DNA of 32,000 nucleotides, from NCBI GenBank assembly GCA_934691225.1, contig CAKUSQ010000001.1:510001-542000 (forward strand), written 5' to 3'. The notes beneath the pieces are model-generated. The model ran no database searches, was not told where the DNA came from, and worked only from the letters and a program-made list of their open reading frames with translations. Source of the stretch: an uncultured Opitutales bacterium. GTDB lineage: Bacteria > Verrucomicrobiota > Verrucomicrobiia > Opitutales > UBA9783. Of this stretch, positions 1 through 9,799 are shown piece by piece; position 1 is the stretch's first letter, and each line of letters opens with the position of its first letter. The position numbers were made by a program, and so were the translations under genes.

Positions 1-255
1 TTAGCGGAAAAAATTCAGTCCGTTTCATTAACTATAGCTGTTAAAACTGGTGAAGAAGGTAAGTTATTCGGGTCTGTTTCTTCATTGGATTTGTGGAAAC
101 GTTATGCAGATGAGGGTATAAATTTGGATAAAAATTGCATTCGTTTGCCTCATCCTATAAAAACATTAGGGCAGCATCATTTTCAGATCCGTTTGCACAA
201 AGATGTGCATTTAGACTTATCCGTAGAGGTAGTGTCGGAAAATCCTATCGCTTAA
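1..255 (+). CDS. rplI: 50S ribosomal protein L9, C-terminal part (5' end lies outside the window)
   Basis: Frame +1 is open from the window edge to TAA at 253-255. The translation ...KTGEEGKLFGSVSSLDL...INLDKNCIRLPHPIKTLGQHHFQIRLHKDVHLDLSVEVV fits the L9 C-terminal domain pattern (GKLFGSV, IK.LG.H). It sits directly upstream of dnaB, a common arrangement. Confidence 0.8.
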   Translation, partial: LAEKIQSVSLTIAVKTGEEGKLFGSVSSLDLWKRYADEGINLDKNCIRLPHPIKTLGQHHFQIRLHKDVHLDLSVEVVSENPIA

Positions 256-275
256 GTAAGTCCCTATTTTAGGAA

Positions 276-1670
276 ATGTCTAAAGAAGTCAAATCTGGGA
301 AAACGCTTCGAGAGCCGCCTTATAGTGTGGATTTTGAACAAGCTCTTTTGGCTTCTTGTATGTTAGAAGGTGGACAAGATAGTTTAGCCAAGTGCGTTGA
401 TTTAAAGATTACACCCAATTCTTTTTATATTCCTGCGCATGCAGAAATATTTAAGGCGTGTTTGGGACTATATAAAGCAGGTGCCCCTATCAATGTTTTG
501 ACAGTAGGTGAACAGTTGCGAATTACAGGTTCGTTGGAACGTGTTGGAAATTACGGTTATCTTAACCAGGTTACCGATCGTATTGAAAGTCCTGCAAATT
601 TACAATACTATGCTAAAAATGTTAAAAATCTAGAGATTGCTAGGAGTTTAGTTCGGTTTTTTTTGACGGGACTTGAAGATGCCTACCAAGGAATTGAAGA
701 CATTGATCAGTTTTTAGAATCGGTTGAGCAGCACGTATTGGAAATTAATCAGGGGCGAGTTGAAGTTTCTGCGGTGCCGTTTGATGTTCCTTTAAGTGGA
801 GCGATGACAACGGTGCAAAAATTGTTGTCGCACCAAGGCATGATCAATGGAGTTGCGAGTGGTTTTCGCGATTTAGATAATTTAACGAACGGTTTTCATG
901 CTGGTGAAATGATCGTCTTAGCTGCACGACCTTCGATGGGAAAAACGGCTTTGGCTTTGAATATCGCTGAGGCGGTTATTTTAGGAAAGAAGCCTGTACC
1001 AACCTTATTTTTTAGCTTAGAAATGAGTGCGGAACAGTTGGCGATGCGTATGGTGTGCGGTCATGGTCGTATTAATATGACAAAATTGAGGACGGGTTTT
1101 CTGGACAGTTCGCAAAAAGCATTATTGGCTGGTATAGGTGAAACTTTTAAGAACGCTCCTTTTTGGATCGATGAATCTAGCAATATGACTATTTTAGAAA
1201 TGCGAGCTAAGGCGCGTCGTGTTCATTCGCAGTATCCTTTAGGATTAATTATTATTGATTATTTGCAACTAATTGCCGGAACTGATTCCAAGGTACAGCG
1301 CGAGCAGCAGATCGCTGAAATTTCGAGAGGAGTCAAAGGGTTAGCTAAAGAGTTAAACATTCCTGTGATTGTTTTAAGTCAGCTTAATCGTGAATCTGAA
1401 AAAGAAGGACGTCAACCGCGTTTGTCTGATTTGAGGGAATCGGGTTCTATTGAGCAAGATGCTGATTTAGTGCTGATATTGTCAAAAACATTCGATGAAT
1501 TAAAGTCAAAAAAGGAAGATGAAGGGAGTTTGGTGGAGAAAATTCATCAAGAGACAATTGTTCGTGATTTAATTGTAGCTAAACAGCGTAATGGTCCTGT
1601 TGGAACGGTCCATTTAACTTATTTAAAACCGTACACACGTTTTGAAAATTACGCGAGTGAAAGAGATTGA
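276..1670 (+). CDS. dnaB: Replicative DNA helicase DnaB
   Basis: 464-aa ORF. It has the N-terminal PPYSVDFEQALLASCM motif, Walker A ARPSMGKTALALN, IIDYLQL, SQLNRESE, LRESGSIEQDAD and KQRNGPVG, all hallmark DnaB motifs. Confidence 0.95.
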   Translation: MSKEVKSGKTLREPPYSVDFEQALLASCMLEGGQDSLAKCVDLKITPNSFYIPAHAEIFKACLGLYKAGAPINVLTVGEQLRITGSLERVGNYGYLNQVTDRIESPANLQYYAKNVKNLEIARSLVRFFLTGLEDAYQGIEDIDQFLESVEQHVLEINQGRVEVSAVPFDVPLSGAMTTVQKLLSHQGMINGVASGFRDLDNLTNGFHAGEMIVLAARPSMGKTALALNIAEAVILGKKPVPTLFFSLEMSAEQLAMRMVCGHGRINMTKLRTGFLDSSQKALLAGIGETFKNAPFWIDESSNMTILEMRAKARRVHSQYPLGLIIIDYLQLIAGTDSKVQREQQIAEISRGVKGLAKELNIPVIVLSQLNRESEKEGRQPRLSDLRESGSIEQDADLVLILSKTFDELKSKKEDEGSLVEKIHQETIVRDLIVAKQRNGPVGTVHLTYLKPYTRFENYASERD

Positions 1671-1671
1671 A

Positions 1672-4011
1672 ATGAAAAAACTATATGTTCTGTTTTTATT
1701 AAATTTGTTGAATTTATGCGCATTGGCTTCAGATTTGAAGTGCATTGAAAATGAAGAAAAACGTTTAAATCATTTAAGCATAAACTTGAAAAATAATGAT
1801 AGCATATCTGAAGCTTTTGTTCGTTCGCATTTAGGTTTTAAAGTGAATGATTATATTCATTCCAAGCAGATTGATGGAGCCACACGTCAATTGATGGCAA
1901 CCGGTTGGTTTGATGCGATTGATTGGATTGCAAAACCAGCGTCTGAAGGAGATTGTTTTGATTTGACACTTACTTTGGATGTTTGTCCTAAAATAGAGAA
2001 TTTTATATTTGAAGGAAATAAGCATTTTAAGGATAGTGCGTTGATCTTTGAAATGAAGAGTCGTGTCAATGAAGCTTTAAATCAGCAGCGTTTGCAGGTA
2101 GATCTTTTGCGCCTTCAATCATTTTATAAGTCAAAAGGTTATTTGAAGGTTCAATTGACGCATCGGGTGATGCAGTCTAAAAAAGGTTATGCAGTCGTTC
2201 ATATAAATATTGACGAAGGTTTGTGTTTTAAAATTAAAGAAATTCAGTTCGTGGGGAATCAAGCATTCACTTCGGAAGTATTATCTGCGGCAATCTATAC
2301 GAAAACCTGGGGAGTTTTTTCTTGGTTGACACGTAAAGGACGTTACGATGAAAGCAGATTGCGACAAGATATCGATATTTTACGAGCGTTTTATCAAAAT
2401 GCAGGGTATTTGGATATTGAGATTGATAGGGAACATGTTCAGTTAGAGGAAAATGGTGAGCATTTACGTGTTGTTTTTCATTTGACAGAAGGTTCGTGTT
2501 ACAAGGTTGGTAAAGTATCTATTATTGCAGATGATGCAGTTGATGTAGCTATTTTAAAAAAGAAAATTTCACTTAAAGAGAATGATGTTGCTGGGCTTGA
2601 AAAATTTGAGCAAGCATGCGAGGTGATTCGAGATTTTTATGGCGCGAAAGGATATGTGTGCACTTTGGTGGAGGTTCAAAGAGGCTTGTGTGCTAATCAC
2701 ATTATAGATCTTACGTTTAAAGTTCAAAAGGGACTTCAATATAAGCTGCATTCGATTTATATCACGGGAAATATTCATACACAATCGAGGGTTATTCTTC
2801 GGGAATTAAACTTAGCACCGGGTGATGTTTTAGATAGCACGCGCATGAAAAAAGCAGAACGTCGTTTACAAAACACAGGCTTTTTTAAAAATGTAGTAGT
2901 CACAACAGAAGATTGTAATGCAGCGTGTGAGAAAAATTTAAAAGTAGCTGTTGAGGAAGCTAAAACTGGTAGTGTGTTTTTTTCAGGAGGTTTAAATAAT
3001 GTCGAAAAATTTACTTTTGGTGTGACTTTAAGCCAGAATAATTTTGATTATAAGAATTCTAAAGACTACTTTCGGGGTGCTGGACAAAAGTTTCAGTTAG
3101 GTTTTACGATTGGAAAGTATAGCAATGAGATTAATTTGTCCTTTGAGGAGCCTTGGTTGTACGATCGCGAATTGCGTTTTGGTTTCAATTTGTTCCGTAA
3201 CATGAATAAATTGGACAGTGATGAGTATGAGGAACATCGTTTAGGGGGTGAACTTTATTTAGGTAAGCGCTTATTTGAACAGGTTGAAGGGAAGTTGTAC
3301 TATCATTGGGAGCAATTTAAATTGACAGGTGTTCATCATAACAAAGTTTCTCAGGTAATTATTGATGAACAAGGGCAACGTGTAATATCCAAAATTGGTT
3401 TTTTGATGGAGCGTGATACGCGTGATCATCTGATTTATCCAACACGTGGAACTTACGCATCGTTAGATAATCAATTAGCTGGGTTAGGTGGAAAAACGAA
3501 ATATTTTAGAACGCGTGTATCAGCTGCAAAGTGGTTTTTGGTTAATTCATTTCATGAACAAACGTTACAAATAGGTGGAAAAGCTGGGTACGTTCGTGGT
3601 TTGAACGGTAAAAAAGTGCCTTTATGGGAGCGCGAATTTTTAGGTGGACCTTTTGATATGTGCGGTTTTGATTATCGTGAAGTTGGCCCTAAAACCAATG
3701 ATAATTTTCATGAAAATTTAGGTGGTAAGTATTTTAATTGGTTTAATACGGAATATGCTTTTAAAGTAAATACAATGCTGCGTTTGCTTGGATTTTTTGA
3801 TTTGGGGCGCGTAAATGGTTTTCATTCGCAGCATTACTTGAAATATTTAGATAAAAAATCAGGTGGCTGGAATAGTGATGCAGGAATTGGTTTAAAACTG
3901 CACATTTTAGGTGCTCCTTTTCGTATAAATTTTGCTTTCCCTTTGGATACAGATCGTTATAATAAGAAAAAAGCACCTTATATTTCTTATTCATTTGGTG
4001 TTTCTTTTTGA
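1672..4011 (+). CDS. bamA: Outer membrane protein assembly factor BamA (Omp85 family)
   Basis: The ORF is open from 1642, but the ATG at 1672 gives a signal peptide, MKKLYVLFLLNLLNLCALA, one nt after the dnaB stop. Repeated POTRA-like segments are followed by a beta-barrel that ends in an aromatic residue (SYSFGVSF). The bamA-skp-lpxD gene order supports the call. Confidence 0.9.
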   Translation: MKKLYVLFLLNLLNLCALASDLKCIENEEKRLNHLSINLKNNDSISEAFVRSHLGFKVNDYIHSKQIDGATRQLMATGWFDAIDWIAKPASEGDCFDLTLTLDVCPKIENFIFEGNKHFKDSALIFEMKSRVNEALNQQRLQVDLLRLQSFYKSKGYLKVQLTHRVMQSKKGYAVVHINIDEGLCFKIKEIQFVGNQAFTSEVLSAAIYTKTWGVFSWLTRKGRYDESRLRQDIDILRAFYQNAGYLDIEIDREHVQLEENGEHLRVVFHLTEGSCYKVGKVSIIADDAVDVAILKKKISLKENDVAGLEKFEQACEVIRDFYGAKGYVCTLVEVQRGLCANHIIDLTFKVQKGLQYKLHSIYITGNIHTQSRVILRELNLAPGDVLDSTRMKKAERRLQNTGFFKNVVVTTEDCNAACEKNLKVAVEEAKTGSVFFSGGLNNVEKFTFGVTLSQNNFDYKNSKDYFRGAGQKFQLGFTIGKYSNEINLSFEEPWLYDRELRFGFNLFRNMNKLDSDEYEEHRLGGELYLGKRLFEQVEGKLYYHWEQFKLTGVHHNKVSQVIIDEQGQRVISKIGFLMERDTRDHLIYPTRGTYASLDNQLAGLGGKTKYFRTRVSAAKWFLVNSFHEQTLQIGGKAGYVRGLNGKKVPLWEREFLGGPFDMCGFDYREVGPKTNDNFHENLGGKYFNWFNTEYAFKVNTMLRLLGFFDLGRVNGFHSQHYLKYLDKKSGGWNSDAGIGLKLHILGAPFRINFAFPLDTDRYNKKKAPYISYSFGVSF

Positions 4012-4019
4012 GGAAAATT

Positions 4020-4628
4020 ATGAAAAAAAGTGTAATAAAAAACTTGGGATTAAATCTAGGAATATTCGCTGGATGTCTTATGCCATTGAAGGCTCAGACC
4101 ATCTACACAGTCGATATGGCTAAAGTTTACGATAATTTTTATAAAACAAAACCTGCACAAGATAATTTCCGTTTATTAGCAGAACAAGCTCAAAAAGAGT
4201 TTGAAAAGATGATGCAAGAAGGGAAAGCTTTATTTGATGAACGGCAGAATTTGTTGACAAAACTTAATAATCCAGCGCTTCAAGAGGAGACTAGAAAGGA
4301 TTTGGAAAAGCAAATTCAAGCTTTGGATGAAAAGATCAATGCTAAGGGCGAAGAAATTAATCTTTTCCGTCAGAAAAAAGACGAAAGTCTAGACCAGCAA
4401 CGTCAAGCAATTTTGTCGGAACATTTTAAAGAAATTAATGTGGGTGTTGAAGCAATAGCTAAAGTTAAAAAAGCAGATATTGTTTTGAATAAAGCTGGGG
4501 GTGGTGTTTTGTTTTCAAAGGATGAGCTTGATTTAACGCAGGCTGTAATTGATCAAGTTAATAAGCCGGCTAAAAATAATACAGCTGACAAAAATAAAAC
4601 ATCATCAAATATTTCGGAAAAGAAATAG
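4020..4628 (+). CDS. skp: Periplasmic chaperone Skp/OmpH family
   Basis: The ATG at 4020 is preceded by GAGGA and starts a signal peptide (MKKSVIKNLGLNLGIFAGCLMPLKAQ). The rest is a long, charged, coiled-coil-like body. The position between bamA and lpxD is typical of skp. Confidence 0.8.
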   Translation: MKKSVIKNLGLNLGIFAGCLMPLKAQTIYTVDMAKVYDNFYKTKPAQDNFRLLAEQAQKEFEKMMQEGKALFDERQNLLTKLNNPALQEETRKDLEKQIQALDEKINAKGEEINLFRQKKDESLDQQRQAILSEHFKEINVGVEAIAKVKKADIVLNKAGGGVLFSKDELDLTQAVIDQVNKPAKNNTADKNKTSSNISEKK

Positions 4629-4649
4629 AACTTATGAGGAGCGTTTTGT

Positions 4650-5750
4650 ATGTTAGCTGTTCAGTACACTTTTAAGCAAATTGTTGATTTAGTTGGTCCG
4701 TCTAAAATTCAAGGAACAACAAAGCAAGAAGTGTTTACAGGGATTGCCAGTTTGGAAAAGGCAGTTGAAGGCGACATTTCATTTTTAGGAAATTTGAAAT
4801 ACAAAGCTGAAGTTTTTGGATCGCAAGCTTCCTTGATTTTGGTTCCTACAAGTTATGTAGGATCACCAAAGGCAGGGCAGGTTTTTCTTATGGTAGAAAA
4901 TCCTTCAAAAGCTTTGGATGCCATTTGTCGCGATATAGAAGCTAAAACAAAACCTCAAATCAAACCAGGAATTCATCCGAGTGCGGTTGTAGATCCAACA
5001 GCAAATATCTCTCCTAAAGCTTACATTGGACCTTTATGCATTGTAGGTGCAAATACTGTTATTGAGGATCATGTGGTCTTGATAGCACATGTTTTTGTTG
5101 GGGATAATGTTTGCATAAAATCGGGAACGGTAGTTCGCCCTAATTGCTCAATTTTAGACAAGACAGAAGTGGGACACAGGTGTTTCCTAGATGCAGGTGT
5201 TGTTTTAGGTTCGGAAGGGTATGGTTATGAAACCGACAATGGTCGGCATTCGCGTTCGCCACAGTTAGGTCGTGTTGTGCTTGAGGATGAAGTGGATTTA
5301 GGTGCAAATACGGCGGTGGATCGTGCACGTTTTGATGAAACACGCATTGGAGCTGGAACTAAAATTGATAATTTAGTACAAATTGGTCATAATGTTGTGA
5401 TTGGGAAAGGCTGCTTTATTGTAGCTTTTGTTGGCATTGCAGGTAGCACGCACATTGGTGATTATACGATTATCGGTGGGCAAGTTGGTATTGCAGGGCA
5501 TTTGCATATAGGCAATCAAGTAATGATTGGAGCACAGGCGGGTGTTACACATGATTTGGAAGATAAAAGTTTTGTTCGTGGAACGCCTTCACTTCCTTAT
5601 ATGTTAGCGCATCGGATAGATTCATTGAAGCGTCGTTTGCCAGAATTATTCAAGCGTGTAGATAGTTTAGAGCAAACGTTTGCTTATTTGACGAACGATG
5701 CTACTAAGGCGTGTTTTTTAAAAAAAGAAAATGCTAAAAAAGGAGAATGA
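4650..5750 (+). CDS. lpxD: UDP-3-O-acylglucosamine N-acyltransferase LpxD
   Basis: 366 aa. An N-terminal uridine-binding-type region is followed by a long run of hexapeptide (LbH) repeats (IGxxxxIGxxV...). AGGAG lies 8 nt upstream of the ATG. Synteny with skp supports the call. Confidence 0.9.
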   Translation: MLAVQYTFKQIVDLVGPSKIQGTTKQEVFTGIASLEKAVEGDISFLGNLKYKAEVFGSQASLILVPTSYVGSPKAGQVFLMVENPSKALDAICRDIEAKTKPQIKPGIHPSAVVDPTANISPKAYIGPLCIVGANTVIEDHVVLIAHVFVGDNVCIKSGTVVRPNCSILDKTEVGHRCFLDAGVVLGSEGYGYETDNGRHSRSPQLGRVVLEDEVDLGANTAVDRARFDETRIGAGTKIDNLVQIGHNVVIGKGCFIVAFVGIAGSTHIGDYTIIGGQVGIAGHLHIGNQVMIGAQAGVTHDLEDKSFVRGTPSLPYMLAHRIDSLKRRLPELFKRVDSLEQTFAYLTNDATKACFLKKENAKKGE

Positions 5751-6652
5751 GCGGCTGTAAATTATTTGCAGGTTGCAAAATATCGAAATTGGCATTGGAA
5801 ATATGTCGATTTTTAGATGTAGAAACAGGGAAGGTACAAATTTCTCGTTTCTCTAATGGTGAAGTAAGTGTTTGTTATTTAGAAGATGTTTGCGATACAA
5901 AAGTATTATTGATGCCTGATCTTATGGGTGAGGATAAAGATGTTATGGCGCTTTTTCAAATGATAGATGCTGCGCATCAAAATAAAGCTTATTCAATCGT
6001 CGTTGTTCTCCCTTTTTATCCTTACGCTCGTCAGAATCGAAAAAATTTGAATGGGGAAGGGATACCATCGTTGCTTTTTGCAAAATTACTGAAAGCAGCA
6101 GGTGCAGATCAACTTTTAACTATAGATTTGCACAGTCCAGAACAGTATCAAAATTTTGAAATTCCTACAGTAAATGTAAATTTGGAAAAGTTTTGGTTAA
6201 AGTATTTGCAAGAAAAAATAGTTGATAACGCCAATTGTTTGATATTTGCTGCTGATAAAGGCATGAAAACACGTGTGGAATATTTATCATCACGGTTAAA
6301 TTGTTGTTGCGGTTATGCAGATAAGCAAAGAAATTGTACTGGAGAAATTGAGATTAAAAATATTTATGGAGACGTATATGGAAAAAATGTGTATCTGATA
6401 GATGATCTTATCGATACAGGGCATACGCTCGCAAGTGTTACTGAACATTTGAAACACTTAGGGGCGCGCAAAATTACAGGTATCGTAACGCATGGAGTGA
6501 TAAGAAAATCAGCATTAGACGTCTTAAATCGGTGTAAACTGGATGCTTTAGTTTCAACAAATACGTTACCTGTTTTAATGTCGAGAGAATTTCCTACAGA
6601 GATTGTTTCAGTGGTACCTTTATTGGGGCAACACATAAGGCGTTTTTTGTAA
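5747..6652 (+). CDS. prs: Ribose-phosphate pyrophosphokinase (PRPP synthetase), somewhat divergent
   Basis: KLFAG...RFSNGEVSV, PFYPYARQNRK, TIDLHS and the PRPP loop YLIDDLIDTGHTL are present. There is an ATGA overlap with the lpxD stop. Confidence 0.85.
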   Translation: MSGCKLFAGCKISKLALEICRFLDVETGKVQISRFSNGEVSVCYLEDVCDTKVLLMPDLMGEDKDVMALFQMIDAAHQNKAYSIVVVLPFYPYARQNRKNLNGEGIPSLLFAKLLKAAGADQLLTIDLHSPEQYQNFEIPTVNVNLEKFWLKYLQEKIVDNANCLIFAADKGMKTRVEYLSSRLNCCCGYADKQRNCTGEIEIKNIYGDVYGKNVYLIDDLIDTGHTLASVTEHLKHLGARKITGIVTHGVIRKSALDVLNRCKLDALVSTNTLPVLMSREFPTEIVSVVPLLGQHIRRFL

Positions 6653-6709
6653 ACAAATTCTTTTGGATTTTAGATTGAGCTTTTGATTATTTATTATAGT
6701 TTTTGAATT

Positions 6710-7741
6710 GTGAATTGCAATGAAGTTATTTCTTTTTTAGAAACGCATAAAGAACCTAAATTTCGTGTTCGTCAGTGGAAACAAGCGTTTTTTAAGGAGA
6801 AATGTTTAAATATTAGTGAATTAACAACGTTCCCAATAGATTTGAGAAATAAATTGATTGAGAATTTTGGGGACCCAATGCTGCCTTTAGAGAGATTGAC
6901 GGATTTAGAAGATGATCAGGCACATAAGTATTTGTTTCGATTGAAAGATAGTGAAAGAATTGAAAGTGTTTACATGCGATTTAAGGGTGGAATTAAATCA
7001 TTGTGCATTTCTACGCAAGTTGGTTGTGCATGTGCATGTGCATTTTGTGCGACTGGAGGGATTGGTTTTCGGAGAAATTTAACGGTCGATGAAATTTTAG
7101 GACAGGTGCTTTATATCATTAAGACAGAAGCAGGTGTAGATAGAGTTACAATTATGGGGATGGGTGAGGCGCTTTTAAATCCGAATGTATTTGAAGCGTT
7201 ACAGCAGTTGACGGATCCAGAATGTGTAGGGTTAAGTCCACATCGAGTTAGTGTTTCGACTGTTGGAGTGGTACCAGGCATTCGAAAGTTAACGCAATTG
7301 TGCCCGAACGTTACACTTACTTTTTCATTGCACTTTCCTGAACAATCGTTGCGGGAACAGTGGATGCCAAGTGCTAAAAAATATGCTTTAGAGGATATTT
7401 TTGTCGCGTTAGATGAGAGAATTCGATTAACAAATCGTAAGATATACTTAGCTTATACGGTTATAGATGGTGTTAATAATCGAGAGCAGGATATTGAGAA
7501 TTTAGTAAAATTATTGAAGGCGCGTGGAGACTTAGCTTATTTGTACCATATCAATTTAATTCCTTATCATCCTATTGAACATTTGCAGTTGGAAGAAACG
7601 CCTAGAAACGTTGTTATTCAGATGCAAAAACACCTTGAACGTATGGGAATTGAAGCGACTGTCCGGCAATCTTTTGGAAAATCTATTAAAGGTGCCTGTG
7701 GTCAATTAGCGGCCAATTATAATAAAAAAGGATGTGTATGA
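6710..7741 (+). CDS. rlmN: 23S rRNA/tRNA (adenine-C2)-methyltransferase RlmN (radical SAM)
   Basis: N-terminal KFRVRQWKQAFF, a radical SAM cluster motif inside VGCACACAFCATG, MGMGEALLNP, SLHF and the C-terminal GACGQLA are present. The start is GTG at 6710, and there is no in-frame ATG nearby. Confidence 0.85.
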   Translation: MNCNEVISFLETHKEPKFRVRQWKQAFFKEKCLNISELTTFPIDLRNKLIENFGDPMLPLERLTDLEDDQAHKYLFRLKDSERIESVYMRFKGGIKSLCISTQVGCACACAFCATGGIGFRRNLTVDEILGQVLYIIKTEAGVDRVTIMGMGEALLNPNVFEALQQLTDPECVGLSPHRVSVSTVGVVPGIRKLTQLCPNVTLTFSLHFPEQSLREQWMPSAKKYALEDIFVALDERIRLTNRKIYLAYTVIDGVNNREQDIENLVKLLKARGDLAYLYHINLIPYHPIEHLQLEETPRNVVIQMQKHLERMGIEATVRQSFGKSIKGACGQLAANYNKKGCV

Positions 7742-9135
7742 AAGTTTATATTATGGGAATTTGTGGGACTGCTATGTCAAATGTGGCTTTGTTATTAAGC
7801 CAAATGGGATATGAAGTTTGTGGAACAGATGAAAAATTTTTTAATCCTGTAGCTGATTTGTTAAAAAAGCATCAAATTCAAACTTGGGTTGGGTACGATA
7901 GCGTTAGGTTAAGGAAGATACATCCTGACATAGTTTTAGTAGGCAATGTCATTTCGCGTGGTAATAATGAGATGGAGTTTTTATTAAATACTCGTTCTAT
8001 CCCATTTTATACATTTCCAGAATTTCTCGAAAACAAATTGTTTCGAAATAGAGATATGTGGGTGGTTACAGGAACGCATGGAAAGACAACGACAACAGCA
8101 TTACTTGCTTTTTTGATGGAAGATTTTGAAGATATTGGTTATTTTATAGGAGGAATTCCACGGAATTTTGATTGTGGTTGTTGTGTAGGACATAATAAAG
8201 CTCCTTTTATCATAGAAGGAGATGAATACGATACAGCTTTTTTTGATAAACGCAGTAAGTTTTTTCATTACTGGCCACGAACATTGATTATCAATAATTT
8301 AGAATTTGATCATGCAGATATATTTAGAGATCTAAGAGATGTGCAACGGTCTTTTTATCAATTAACGCGCATGTTACCCAAAACAGGTCACTTGATTTTA
8401 AATGGAGATGATGCAACGATTTATGAATTACTACCTTGTGATTGGACACAGGTGCATACAGTAGGGTTTGATGCAAAAAATACTTGGCGAATTGAAAATT
8501 TTAAAGAGATGTCGCGAGGAATTGTTTTTGATTTATTGCATCGTGATGAGACGATTTTAAAAACGGTTGAAGTTCCTTTGATGGGGAGATTTAATGCACG
8601 TAATGTTTGTATGGCTTGTGTTGCTTGTTTCGTAAATGGATATGAAGTGTTGCCTAAAAAATTAAAAAAGTTTTTAGGTGTTGAGCGTCGACAAACAATA
8701 TTGAAGCAGTCAAAGAATTTGATCTTAATGGAGGATTTTGGGCATCATCCGACAGCTATTCGAAAAACTTTGAATGCATTGGCTATTCGTTACGCTGATT
8801 TTCAAATTGTTGCTTGTTTTGAACCTTCCTGTAATACAAGCTCGTCTTCATATTTTCAAGATCAGGCTAAGTTTGCCTTTGAATTCGCAAAAGAAGTTTG
8901 GTTATTGCCTTCTAAGCACAGGTTATATAGCGATCGTTTTGTTGATTTTTTAATACCTATGGATGAGCAAGAAATGAAAACTGAATTGGAAAAGGTGGGA
9001 CATAAGGTTTTGATTTTTGAAGGGTATGATGCATTAATAGAGTATTTGCAAAGACCTACCAATGAGAAGCAATTGGTCTGTTGCTTTACAAATGGAGGAT
9101 TGTCAGAAAGATTGCACATGTATGTAAATCACTAG
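7738..9135 (+). CDS. mpl: UDP-N-acetylmuramate:L-alanyl-gamma-D-glutamyl-meso-DAP ligase (Mpl, murein peptide ligase)
   Basis: MKVYIMGICGTAMSNVALLLSQMGYEVCGTD closely follows the Mpl N-terminus pattern (ILGICGTFM...G.EV.GSD). GTHGKTTTT (Mur ligase P-loop) and EGDEYDTAFFDKRSKF are also present. The ATG at 7738 overlaps the rlmN stop (ATGA). Confidence 0.85.
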   Translation: MKVYIMGICGTAMSNVALLLSQMGYEVCGTDEKFFNPVADLLKKHQIQTWVGYDSVRLRKIHPDIVLVGNVISRGNNEMEFLLNTRSIPFYTFPEFLENKLFRNRDMWVVTGTHGKTTTTALLAFLMEDFEDIGYFIGGIPRNFDCGCCVGHNKAPFIIEGDEYDTAFFDKRSKFFHYWPRTLIINNLEFDHADIFRDLRDVQRSFYQLTRMLPKTGHLILNGDDATIYELLPCDWTQVHTVGFDAKNTWRIENFKEMSRGIVFDLLHRDETILKTVEVPLMGRFNARNVCMACVACFVNGYEVLPKKLKKFLGVERRQTILKQSKNLILMEDFGHHPTAIRKTLNALAIRYADFQIVACFEPSCNTSSSSYFQDQAKFAFEFAKEVWLLPSKHRLYSDRFVDFLIPMDEQEMKTELEKVGHKVLIFEGYDALIEYLQRPTNEKQLVCCFTNGGLSERLHMYVNH

Positions 9136-9240
9136 TTTGATTTTTAGTAGGTAAAAGCAGGATTTTTAAGCATAAAATTGGCTTCATTGTGCCATACATA
9201 CTCATTTGGGCGATGGTAGAAAAAGTGCTAAAATGGAGTC

Positions 9241-9516
9241 ATGGAGCTGAAAAAGAGCATCCACTCGCAGGACTACAGGTATTTGCTTTCGCTATTAAAA
9301 AGACAACGAAAAAATTTAGGGATATTGCAAGAAGCTTTGTCGTTCGAGTTGGGTAAAGCAAGTTCTTTTGTATCTAAGGTTGAGCGTGCAGAACGCCGTT
9401 TAGATACGCTCGAGTTAATTTATTACGCGCAAGCATTGCAGCTAGATCCAAAGAAATTTATTTGTGATTTTATTGATACTCTTAATTTGGTAGAAAATCG
9501 TTTGCATTTAAGGTAA
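9241..9516 (+). CDS. Small XRE-family helix-turn-helix DNA-binding protein
   Basis: 91 aa. LGILQEALSFELGKASSFVSKVERAERRLDTLELIYYAQAL fits the HTH_3/XRE pattern. It is a stand-alone gene flanked by non-coding DNA on both sides. Confidence 0.6.
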   Translation: MELKKSIHSQDYRYLLSLLKRQRKNLGILQEALSFELGKASSFVSKVERAERRLDTLELIYYAQALQLDPKKFICDFIDTLNLVENRLHLR

Positions 9517-9673
9517 TTTCTAGAACAATTTTGTTTATTTACTTGAAGTTGTATTTTTTAACAAATGTGATAAAAATGTTAGTTATTTAGTGATTTGTGC
9601 GTTTAAATGTAAATTTTTAAAAAAAATACTTGCTTTGTGCTTAAAATAATTCACTATTAACATTGTTGAACGC

Positions 9674-9749
9674 GTCCTGTTCGTCTAGTCGGTTAGGACA
9701 CCGGGTTTTCATCCCGACAACAGGAGTTCGAATCTCCTACGGGACGCCA
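9674..9749 (+). tRNA. tRNA-Glu (anticodon UUC), CCA encoded
   Basis: It folds as a cloverleaf by hand. The acceptor gtcctgt (9674-9680) pairs with acgggac (9739-9745), followed by discriminator g and an encoded cca. The anticodon loop is ttTTCat. The T-arm is ggagttcgaatctcc. Overall it is very similar to the E. coli tRNA-Glu layout. Confidence 0.9.
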
Positions 9750-9771
9750 AAAGTTTTTTTTATTTTTTCAA

Positions 9772-9799
9772 GCCCTTCTAAAAAAGGGTTTGTTTTTTT
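9772..9799 (+). terminator. Candidate intrinsic terminator after tRNA-Glu
   Basis: A short hairpin, cccttctaaaaaaggg (ccctt/aaggg), is followed by tttgttttttt. Confidence 0.45.

Noticed and set aside
1831-4123. Short ORFs from the track inside or antisense to bamA and skp (1831-2025, 1887-2069, 2569-2784, 3761-3994, 3932-4123).
   Set aside because: They lie entirely within the well-supported bamA/skp coding frames. Their products are low-complexity and I/L/F/K-rich, as expected from antisense translation of AT-rich DNA, and no motifs are present.
7025-7042. Perfect hexanucleotide repeat (tgtgca)x3 inside rlmN.
   Set aside because: It encodes the Cys-Ala run (CACACA) around the radical SAM cluster motif and stays in frame. 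It is most simply a coding coincidence, not a contingency locus. Only 3 units are present, with no homopolymer.
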